Source: an uncultured Acidobacteriota bacterium (lineage in GTDB: Bacteria; Acidobacteriota; Thermoanaerobaculia; Gp7-AA8). Taken from it: a DNA stretch of 64,000 nt. A program made the position numbers and the translations under genes. Below, piece by piece: positions 41,171-49,279 of the stretch. The DNA is taken from NCBI GenBank assembly GCA_963822445.1, contig CAWGHO010000002.1:64001-128000 (forward strand), in the 5' to 3' direction. A model generated the notes under the pieces. That model was given only the letters and a program-made list of their open reading frames with translations, was not told the origin of the DNA and did not search any database. Every line of letters starts with the position of its first letter. Position 1 is the first letter of the stretch.

Positions 41171-42514
41171 ATGGCGAAGATGTCAACGCGGTTCCCTCCT
41201 GAGTTCGTCTGGGGTGCCGCCACCTCCGCGTATCAGATCGAAGGTTCCCCCCTCGCCGACGGGGCGGGACCGAGCATCTGGCAGCGCTTCAGCCACACAC
41301 CCGGCAGGACCGCGAACGGGGAAACCGGCGACGTGGCCTGCGATCACTACAACCGCTACCGCGACGACGTCGCCCTGATGCGCGACCTCGGCCTGAACGC
41401 TTATCGCTTCAGCATTGCGTGGAGCCGCGTGTTGCCCGAGGGGACGGGCCGCGTCAACGAGAAGGGTCTCGATTTCTATCGCCGCCTCGTCGATGAGCTT
41501 CGCAATGCGGGCATCCGTCCGATGGCCACGCTCTATCACTGGGACCTGCCGGCGGCGCTGGATGATCGCGGCGGCTGGCTGAATCGCGACGTTGCGGACT
41601 GGTTCGCCGAGTACGCGACGGTGATGTATCGCGCGCTCGACGATCGCGTGGATTGGTGGGCGACCATCAACGAGCCGTGGGTTGTCATGGACGGCGGTTA
41701 CCTGCATGGACTGCTCGCGCCGGGACACAGCAATCTGTTCGAAGCGCCGATCGTGACGCACAACCTCCTGCGCGCGCATGGCCGCGCCGTGCAGGCCTAT
41801 CGCGCGGAAGGAAAGCATGCGGTCGGGCTCGTCGTGAATCTCGAGCCGAAGTATTCGGCGTCGGAGAGCGAGGAGGATCTCGCCGCGACGGCGCGCGCCG
41901 ACGCGTACATGAATCGCCACTATCTCGATCCGGTGTTTCGCGGCGCGTATCCGGAGGAGTTTCCGGACATGTGGGGCGAGGCCTGGCCGTCGTTTCCCGC
42001 GGAGGATTTCAAGGACATCACCGCGCCGGTCGACTTCATCGGCATCAATTACTACCTGCGCGGCGTGATGAAGGACGATCCGAAGACCATCGTCGAGCGC
42101 GCGACGCGGGTGCGTCAGCCGAATGCGATCTACACGACCACCGACTGGGAGGTCTATCCCGCGGCGCTGACGAAGGTCCTGCTCTGGTTTCGCGAGCGGT
42201 ACGGCGACATGCCGGTGTACATCACGGAAAACGGCTCGGCGTTTTACGACGCGCCGACAGCGATTTCGGATCCGGTCGAGGATCCGCTTCGCGTTCACTA
42301 CCTGCAGGAACACCTCCGCGCCATGGGTGAAGCTCTCGACGCCGGCGCGAACGTGCGCGGCTACTTCGCCTGGTCGCTCCTCGACAACCTCGAATGGAGC
42401 CTCGGCTACACGAAACGCTTCGGCATCGTTCACGTCGACTTTGCCACGCAGAAGCGGACGCTGAAGCGGAGTGCGCTGGTGTACCGGGATGTGATTCGAA
42501 GCGGAGCGTTGTAG
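41171..42514 (+). CDS. GH1 beta-glucosidase
   Basis: FVWGAATSAYQIEG, YRFSIAW, TLYHWDLP, TINEP, ITENG, WSLLDNLEW. Alternative start at 41180. Confidence 0.95.
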   Translation: MAKMSTRFPPEFVWGAATSAYQIEGSPLADGAGPSIWQRFSHTPGRTANGETGDVACDHYNRYRDDVALMRDLGLNAYRFSIAWSRVLPEGTGRVNEKGLDFYRRLVDELRNAGIRPMATLYHWDLPAALDDRGGWLNRDVADWFAEYATVMYRALDDRVDWWATINEPWVVMDGGYLHGLLAPGHSNLFEAPIVTHNLLRAHGRAVQAYRAEGKHAVGLVVNLEPKYSASESEEDLAATARADAYMNRHYLDPVFRGAYPEEFPDMWGEAWPSFPAEDFKDITAPVDFIGINYYLRGVMKDDPKTIVERATRVRQPNAIYTTTDWEVYPAALTKVLLWFRERYGDMPVYITENGSAFYDAPTAISDPVEDPLRVHYLQEHLRAMGEALDAGANVRGYFAWSLLDNLEWSLGYTKRFGIVHVDFATQKRTLKRSALVYRDVIRSGAL

Positions 42515-42610
42515 ATGGAGTGCGGCGGCTCTGCCGCCGCTTTGACACCGCGCGGAGCGCGGCTCCGCCGCATCTGAAAAGCGGCGGCAGAGCCGCCGCA
42601 CTCCATCTAC
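42511..42610. repeat. REP-like composite palindrome (TGGAGTGCGG family)
   Basis: Perfect arms GTAGATGGAGTGCGGCGGCTCTGCCGCCGCTTT / AAAGCGGCGGCAGAGCCGCCGCACTCCATCTAC. Confidence 0.85.
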
Positions 42611-45192
42611 ATCGGCAACCAGTACGACAACTTCACCAGAACCACATCGTGCGACGGAGCCGTCGGGATCGCGCGCAGGTCGCGATTCAGGCTGAAGTCG
42701 CCGACGCGCTCCACGTCGGAACGGTTCTCGTTCCACACCACGTACAACGCCGAGCCGGGGCGGAACTCCCAGCGCACGACGGCGCTTCCGCGGACGCTGC
42801 GGAAATTGAAATCGCGGCTCGGCGCGGCGCCGGTGTACGGCTCGTAATCGCGAGTGCGCGCGGCCACGAGCGTGTGCGGATCGTGATAGTCGCCCGAGGC
42901 GATGAAGGGTTGGAGATAGAGCTGGAAGGAAAGCTGCGGCGTCAGCGTCCAGTCGGCGCGCGTCCCCAACTCGAACGAGCGTTGTTCCAACTCCGCGAAG
43001 AGATAGCGGATGCCGAATGTTTGCGTCGCGCCGTCGTCCTTGAATTTGTCGAGGAACTGCGTCTGCGTGTGCGACTGCGAGTAATAAGGATTCAGGCTGA
43101 GCTGGACGTTCGGCCTCGGTCTCGCGTTCAGCGACAGCCCGAAACCGCGCGTGTACGAACCGTCGTCGCTCCGGGACTGGTACGTGTTCACGTTGCCGTA
43201 GAACGTCTTGCGGTCATCGCTGCCGATGTGGCCGTCGAAACTCCACGAGCCTGGACTGCGCACCACCGGCCCGCCGCGGGTCAGGCGATCGTCGTAGCTC
43301 GACGGCGTGATGAAGACCGCCGAGCGGAACTCCCAGAAATTCTGCAGAGTGCCGAAACCGTCCGCGAAGAAGCCGCGCTCGATCGTGTCGCCGTCGAAAT
43401 TGCGGTTTTGCCAGCCACCGAACCAGAGATGCTTCTCGCGAAACTTCTTCGTCGGGTTCTGATTCACGTACTGCATCACGAAGTGCGAGGAAATGATGTC
43501 CGTGCGCTGCATGAAACCAGCGTCGTTGGTCTCGTATCCCGGCGAATACGCCTGCACCTGCACGATCGGACGCCAGATCCCGGTGGCCTTCGAGATCATG
43601 GCCTTGCCGCCCCAGCCCGTCAGCGACGTGCGGGTCTCGTCGAGCTCCACATGTCGCGCGTCCGGCCGCTGGTAATAGCGCGATGAGGATTGCTGCGTCA
43701 GCGAGATCGCTTCCTCGCTGCCGCTGACACTCGAGCCGAACAGCGAGCCTTCGAGGATCCAGGACTTGTCGCGGAAGCTCGTGTATGCATCCACACCACC
43801 GGTCAGCGCGGAATCGCGGAGCGACGTCATTTCATCCGGCAGGCGCCGATTCACCGACGTCAACAGGAAGCCGACGCGGGACCGGTCGCCGATCTCCTTC
43901 GTCAGGCGCGAGACGAAGTAATTCGTCATCGGCTCGACCTGCTCGCGTCCGAGCTCGATCTTGTCCTCGATGCCGTCTCCGTCCGCATCGACGCGCCGCC
44001 CGAATCGCGAGCGTTCCGCATCCGTCAACGCATCCAGCACGCCCAGCGACCAGCCGCCGGGCAGGCGACCGGTGATCTTTGCCGCGCCGAGGATCGTCGT
44101 TTCCGCGGGGGAGATGAAAAAGTCCGCGTCCGGCGTCACCTGCGGCGAGCGGCCGATGCGCCGCGTGTAGAAAAGGCTCGGCGCGAACATGAAATTGAAG
44201 TGACTCGGCGCCGGCGTGTCGCCGAAACGGAAGATGTTCACCCCTTCTGTGAAGAACGGCCGCTTCTCCGGATAAAAGGTCTCGAACTCGCTGAGGTTCA
44301 CGACCGCGGGATCGACTTCGACCTGTCCGAAATCGGGATTGATCGTGCCGGTCAGAGTGAGGCTCGACGTCAGCGCGTACTTCACGTCGAGCCCGGCGTC
44401 GACGCGATGATCCTGTCCGGGCAGCAGCGGATTGACGTCCTCGTCGAAACGCGTGCGCACGTCGCCGCGAGTCACCGCGTAAGGCACGAGCTCCAGCGAA
44501 CGGCCGCGGCGGATTCCCTCGATGCCGATAATGTCCGCGAAATGGGAGACGAAGCCGGTCTCCCCCTTCTTCGTATTGACGATGCGCGACCACTCGTTGA
44601 TGCGCGTGGTCCGCCGGGTGATGTTGAGACCCCAGGTGTGCACCGGCTTGTCGTGAAAGCGGAGCTGCGAATACGGGATGCGCACTTCGCCGATCCAGCC
44701 GTCAGGAACGATCTTGACCGCCGAGTCCCACACGCCGTCCCAGCTGCCGTCCTCGCCGATGTCGTTGTAGAGGACCGTGTCGACCTGCACGTTCGCCGGC
44801 GAGATCGTGAACGCGTTTCCGGAAAGGCGATCGAGCTGCGGATCGATGTTGATCGAGAGGAAGTCTGACTGCGTGAACGAATCGCGGCGCGCGAGGATGG
44901 CCGTGGGCGGCTGAGGGTCTTCCATCCTCGCGCCGAAATAGATCGCCTCGTCGTCGTACACGATGCGGATGCTCGTGCGCAGGGTCGCCGGCGCACCGTC
45001 GACGGGATCGTGCTGCGTGAAATCGGTGAACTCCGGCGCGTTCTGCCACGCCGCATCGGAGAGATCGCCGTCGAGCACCGGCGGCGCGGTCACGCGGACG
45101 GCGCGCAGTTGCGGACGATCGGGCCAGTTCGCGGCATGCGCGGCTCCGGCGGCGAGAAGAGCGAGGGCGGCGGCGAGCGCGCGTCTGTTCAT
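42607..45192 (-). CDS. CBM9-like + DUF5916 outer-membrane protein
   Basis: Signal peptide, LDGDLSD..W, YDDEAIYF, INPDFGQVEVD, FYPEKRPFF, FYTRRIG, terminal KLSYW. Confidence 0.85.
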   Translation of the reverse strand: MNRRALAAALALLAAGAAHAANWPDRPQLRAVRVTAPPVLDGDLSDAAWQNAPEFTDFTQHDPVDGAPATLRTSIRIVYDDEAIYFGARMEDPQPPTAILARRDSFTQSDFLSINIDPQLDRLSGNAFTISPANVQVDTVLYNDIGEDGSWDGVWDSAVKIVPDGWIGEVRIPYSQLRFHDKPVHTWGLNITRRTTRINEWSRIVNTKKGETGFVSHFADIIGIEGIRRGRSLELVPYAVTRGDVRTRFDEDVNPLLPGQDHRVDAGLDVKYALTSSLTLTGTINPDFGQVEVDPAVVNLSEFETFYPEKRPFFTEGVNIFRFGDTPAPSHFNFMFAPSLFYTRRIGRSPQVTPDADFFISPAETTILGAAKITGRLPGGWSLGVLDALTDAERSRFGRRVDADGDGIEDKIELGREQVEPMTNYFVSRLTKEIGDRSRVGFLLTSVNRRLPDEMTSLRDSALTGGVDAYTSFRDKSWILEGSLFGSSVSGSEEAISLTQQSSSRYYQRPDARHVELDETRTSLTGWGGKAMISKATGIWRPIVQVQAYSPGYETNDAGFMQRTDIISSHFVMQYVNQNPTKKFREKHLWFGGWQNRNFDGDTIERGFFADGFGTLQNFWEFRSAVFITPSSYDDRLTRGGPVVRSPGSWSFDGHIGSDDRKTFYGNVNTYQSRSDDGSYTRGFGLSLNARPRPNVQLSLNPYYSQSHTQTQFLDKFKDDGATQTFGIRYLFAELEQRSFELGTRADWTLTPQLSFQLYLQPFIASGDYHDPHTLVAARTRDYEPYTGAAPSRDFNFRSVRGSAVVRWEFRPGSALYVVWNENRSDVERVGDFSLNRDLRAIPTAPSHDVVLVKLSYWLPM

Positions 45193-45283
45193 CGAACGGG
45201 GATGCTACCGGATCGGCACCTCCCCCGAAATGAACAGTTTCGTTGCATCTGGCGTGTAAAATCCGCGCTCCAAAGTCCAATCA

Positions 45284-46732
45284 ATGGCGCGCTTCCGCGA
45301 CCTGCCGATCCGCAGGAAATTGATGACCGGCTTCATGTTGACGAGCCTGGTCGCGCTGATCATCACCGTCGGCGTGTTCGTCCTGTATGACCGGGCCACA
45401 TTCCAGGAGGAAGTGCTCGAGGACACGAGCGTCCTCGCGGGCATCATCGGCGAGAACGCGGTCCCGTCGCTGCTCTTCAACGATGACGAAGGGGCAAAGG
45501 CGACACTGGCCGCGCTGCGGGCCAAGCCGGACGTCCTTGCCGCTCACCTCTTCGACAACGACGGGCGTCTCTTCGCCTCCTACTCCGGCTTGACGGCGAG
45601 CCAGCCGCCGGCGCGAGTCCCCGCCGATGGACGCCGCATCGAGCCGCGCATGATCACCGTCACCAAGCCGGTCCTCTTCAACGGCAACCGCGTCGGCACA
45701 GTCCATCTGCAATCCGGCCTCGGCGCGCTTCAGGAGCGGCGCCGCAACTACCTCCTCTTGTCGGGACTCGTCCTCGCTGCCGCGGCCGCGGTCGCGCTCA
45801 TCCTCTCTTGGCTCTTCGGACGCGCGATCTCCCGCCCCATCCTTCATCTGCTCGCGGCGGAGAAGCGCGTTTCCCGCGAGAAGAATTACGACGTGCACGT
45901 CGAGCGGCAGGCCAACGACGAAGTGGGAATGCTCATCGACGGCTTCAACGACATGCTCCGCGAGATCCGCACGCGCGACGCCGAGATCGAGGAGCGCCAC
46001 ACGCAGGAGATGGCCCTGGCCCGCTCGATCCAGACCTCGGTGCTCCCGCGCACCTTCGACTTCCCCGGCTTCGACATCTCGGCGGTGATGATGCCGGCCG
46101 AGGAGGTTGGCGGGGATTTTTACGAGTTCCGTGCGGTCGAGGGAGGCGCGTGGATCGGCATCGGCGACGTCACCGGTCACGGCGTCACCTCGGGCCTGAT
46201 CATGATGATGGCCCAGTCGATGTTCACCATGCTCTGCGAGAACTCGAACGGCCACGTCTCGCCGGCGAAGTTCATCTCGCTGATGAATCGGGCCATGTTT
46301 TACAACCTGCGCTCGCGTCTCGATCAGGACAAGTTCATGACCATGGTCGTGGCGAAGATCGATCGCGACGGAAAGATGATTTACGCCGGAGCGCATACCG
46401 ACGTCCTGGTGTATCGCGCGGCCACGAAGACCATCGAGCGCCTGCCGACCGACGGAATCTGGTTGGGAATCTCGGAAGACATCGAGGCCGCTACGACAAA
46501 TCGAACGCTGAATCTCGGGCGAGGCGACATCGCCCTGTTCCACACGGACGGCGTGACCGAAGCGCGCAACAGTGCCGGCGAGTGCTTCGACATGAACCGT
46601 CTCGCCCAACAACTCACCGAGCTGCAGGCGCGTCCCGCCGCGGAGCTCGTGACCCGCATCGCCCAGACCGCATGGTCGTGGGCAGGCACGCCGACGGACG
46701 ACGTCAGTCTGCTGGCAGTGAAGAGGAGCTGA
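45284..46732 (+). CDS. CHASE8-HAMP-PP2C (SpoIIE/RsbU/SiaA-like) membrane phosphatase
   Basis: Two TMs around a YfiN-like periplasmic domain (ENAVPSLLFND..A..L..L...G.LFASY), HAMP DEVG.L...FN.M, PP2C VGGDFY/GDVTGHG/TDGVTEA/DDVS. Confidence 0.9.
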   Translation: MARFRDLPIRRKLMTGFMLTSLVALIITVGVFVLYDRATFQEEVLEDTSVLAGIIGENAVPSLLFNDDEGAKATLAALRAKPDVLAAHLFDNDGRLFASYSGLTASQPPARVPADGRRIEPRMITVTKPVLFNGNRVGTVHLQSGLGALQERRRNYLLLSGLVLAAAAAVALILSWLFGRAISRPILHLLAAEKRVSREKNYDVHVERQANDEVGMLIDGFNDMLREIRTRDAEIEERHTQEMALARSIQTSVLPRTFDFPGFDISAVMMPAEEVGGDFYEFRAVEGGAWIGIGDVTGHGVTSGLIMMMAQSMFTMLCENSNGHVSPAKFISLMNRAMFYNLRSRLDQDKFMTMVVAKIDRDGKMIYAGAHTDVLVYRAATKTIERLPTDGIWLGISEDIEAATTNRTLNLGRGDIALFHTDGVTEARNSAGECFDMNRLAQQLTELQARPAAELVTRIAQTAWSWAGTPTDDVSLLAVKRS

Positions 46733-47217
46733 TGACGATGCAGACGCAGATCTCCAATGACTACGTCGAACTGAGATTCGGACCGCGATGGACGTACATC
46801 AGTTGCGTCCGTAAATTCGTGGCGAGCTTCTTCATGATCGGACTGGCCGACAAAGAGCGCGCCGAGCAGATCTCCATGGCCGCCTCGGAGCTCCTCGAAA
46901 ACGCAGTGAAGTACGCATCCGACGAGGATTCGTATCTGAAGATCTCCATCGCCAAGCAATCGAGCGAGGTCGATGTCTGCGTGCGCAACCGCGCCGAGCC
47001 GCATCACATCAATACGCTTCGCCGCGAGTTCGCGTTGATTCACGCCGGCGAATCGGAACAGGTTTATCTCAAGAAGATGGAAGAAGCCGCGCAGACCGAA
47101 GGGCAGAGCCGCCTCGGATTGATCCGCATCCTCTTCGAGGCCGGCGCGCGACTCAGGCTCGACGTCAACGACGGCGAGGTCTCCATTCACGCGATCTTCC
47201 CGCTGGAGCAAGCATGA
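46732..47217 (+). CDS. HATPase-fold switch kinase (anti-sigma/SiaB/slr1658-like)
   Basis: ASELLENAVKY N-box, SRLGLIRI G-box, no DHp His; TGATG coupling to the phosphatase. Confidence 0.78.
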   Translation: MTMQTQISNDYVELRFGPRWTYISCVRKFVASFFMIGLADKERAEQISMAASELLENAVKYASDEDSYLKISIAKQSSEVDVCVRNRAEPHHINTLRREFALIHAGESEQVYLKKMEEAAQTEGQSRLGLIRILFEAGARLRLDVNDGEVSIHAIFPLEQA

Positions 47218-47600
47218 GAGAGCCGATCAGTCCGCTCAAGGCCGAAGGGCTGTACATCATTCCGGAGATCGGCCAGGACCAGGTCATGCGCGTGGTCATG
47301 TCCGGCGCCGTGGAAATGCGCGATCCCGGCGACGCGCTCAATCCGTACTGGAACGCGATCGACGAACAGGTTCGTGAGCGTTCGATCAAGCGCGTCGAGC
47401 TCGACGTGCGCGACCTCAACTTCATGAACAGCTCGGGCATCCTCACGCTCGTCCGCTGGATCACGAAACTGAAGAACGCGCCGGCGTATCAGCTCGTGCT
47501 GGAGTACGACCGGAATGTGACCTGGCAGCGGACGAGTATCCCGACGCTCGCGAAACTCGCGCCCGCAGCCGTCGTCACATCGGAGATCAATGGGAACTGA
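47214..47600 (+). CDS. STAS-like anti-anti-sigma protein (SiaC/slr1659-like)
   Basis: LDVRDLNFMNSSGI phospho-acceptor motif; TWQRTSIPTL. Confidence 0.78.
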   Translation: MREPISPLKAEGLYIIPEIGQDQVMRVVMSGAVEMRDPGDALNPYWNAIDEQVRERSIKRVELDVRDLNFMNSSGILTLVRWITKLKNAPAYQLVLEYDRNVTWQRTSIPTLAKLAPAAVVTSEINGN

Positions 47601-49170
47601 TCTCACCTTCGTGGCCGGATCGTCGGCGCCTGAACTGCCGTGCAAATCGTGCGGCAGCGGCTGCAGGCCGATCGACCGCTACTGCAGTCAGTGCGGCGTG
47701 TTCAATCCGACGGGCAGTCTCGACGCGGACAACGCGTCGAACGAGATGCTGAACGCGCCGACGATCATCACTCACGACGTGCCCATTCCCGAGCGTTCCG
47801 CAACGTTCGTGTCCTCCGAGGAGGGAACGATGGTCGCGCCGCGCACGCGCCACGTGCCGCCGCCCGAAGGCGCGCGCGGACGGAATCGCAAGCGCAGCGA
47901 GGCCGAGGCGGCGAAGGCGCTCGAGGCGATGCTCGTGCCGGGCGGCGTGTTCGCGCGGCGCTACCGCATCCAACGTCTGCTGGGTGCCGGGGCGATGGGA
48001 CACGTCGCGTCGGCCATCGACGACTCGATCGATGAAGTCGTCGCCCTCAAGATTCTGTCCGTCCCCGTGCACGAGGATCCGGAGGCGTTCGAGCGCTTCA
48101 AGATGGAGCTGAAGCTCGCCCGCCGCATCCGCCATCGCAACGTCGTGCAGAGCTTCGACCTCGGATTCGCGGACGGTTATCCATACATCTCGATGGAGTA
48201 CATCGACGCGGACAACCTGTCGAAACATCTGCAACGGAAGCACAAGTTCGAGGAGAAGCAGGCCCTGGCGATCTTCCGGCAGGTGCTGCGCGGACTTCGC
48301 GCCGCGCACACACTGGGGATCATCCATCGCGACATCAAGCCGGAGAACATCCTCCTGAACAAGGACGAGGTCGCGTTCATCACCGATTTCGGCATCGCCA
48401 CCACTGCCGATCGCGTGCGCCGTCGCGAGATCGCGGGAACACCGGATTACATGGCGCCGGAACAGCTCCGCGGCGAGGATGTGCTGCCCGCTTCGGATCT
48501 GTACGCATGCGGCGTGATGCTGTACCGGATGGTCGCGGGAGCGCTGCCGTTCCGGGCGAGCACGCTCGCCGGCGTCATCGGCGCTCGCCTGCACGACGAT
48601 CCGCATCCGCTGACCGACAGCGGCGTTTCGATCGAGATGCAGGAGCTCATCGAATCGCTGTTGCGCCGCGATGTGAAGGACCGTCCGCAATCGGTCGATG
48701 AAGTACTCGATCGCGTCGATCTCATCGTGCGCCAGCAGCAAGCGAAATCGACAGGCTCGAAGCGGATGACGGTGCTCGTCGCCGACGCGAACGACGAGAC
48801 CCGCTCCTTCCTGACGAATGTGCTCGAGTCAGACGGCTATCGAGTGCTGCCGACGACCAATGCCCGCGATGCGGTGAACGCTGCGTTCGAACAGCAGCCG
48901 GCTGTGATTTTTCTCGACGCCGGAATTCGCGGCGGATTCGAATCGGCGAACGACGCCGCGTCGTCGCCCGAAACCGCCGACGGCCTGGGCTTCCTGCGCA
49001 TCGTCCGCGGCGACGAACAACTGCGGCGCGTGCCGGTGGTGGTGATGAGCGAGCACGCGCCCGCAGAATTGCAGGAGTCGTTCACGCGGGCGGGGGCGGT
49101 GGAGTTCCTGCTGAAGCCGTTCGCGGCGAGTGACGTGGCGGGGACGATGCTCCGCGCCGTTGCGAGCTAG
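47590..49170 (+). CDS. Hanks-type Ser/Thr kinase with N-terminal zinc ribbon and C-terminal receiver domain
   Basis: CKSC..CSQC; LGAGAMG, VALK, HRDIKPEN, DFG, YMAPE; REC VIFLD...DG...LLKPF; no TM segment. Confidence 0.9.
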   Translation: MGTDLTFVAGSSAPELPCKSCGSGCRPIDRYCSQCGVFNPTGSLDADNASNEMLNAPTIITHDVPIPERSATFVSSEEGTMVAPRTRHVPPPEGARGRNRKRSEAEAAKALEAMLVPGGVFARRYRIQRLLGAGAMGHVASAIDDSIDEVVALKILSVPVHEDPEAFERFKMELKLARRIRHRNVVQSFDLGFADGYPYISMEYIDADNLSKHLQRKHKFEEKQALAIFRQVLRGLRAAHTLGIIHRDIKPENILLNKDEVAFITDFGIATTADRVRRREIAGTPDYMAPEQLRGEDVLPASDLYACGVMLYRMVAGALPFRASTLAGVIGARLHDDPHPLTDSGVSIEMQELIESLLRRDVKDRPQSVDEVLDRVDLIVRQQQAKSTGSKRMTVLVADANDETRSFLTNVLESDGYRVLPTTNARDAVNAAFEQQPAVIFLDAGIRGGFESANDAASSPETADGLGFLRIVRGDEQLRRVPVVVMSEHAPAELQESFTRAGAVEFLLKPFAASDVAGTMLRAVAS

Positions 49171-49176
49171 GGCCTC

Positions 49177-49277
49177 GGGGAGCGGGCGTCCCGCCCGCGC
49201 CGCGTGGCCGTCATCGGCCGCGCGTGTGAGCGCCGGGCGACACGCCCGGCGCGAAGCGAGCGGGACGCTCGCCGTAC
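49177..49277. repeat. REP doublet (GCGGGCGTCCCGCCCGC family)
   Basis: GCGGGCGTCCCGCCCGC ... GCGAGCGGGACGCTCGCCGTAC between convergent operons; same family as 25592-25691. Confidence 0.7.
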
Positions 49278-49279
49278 GG

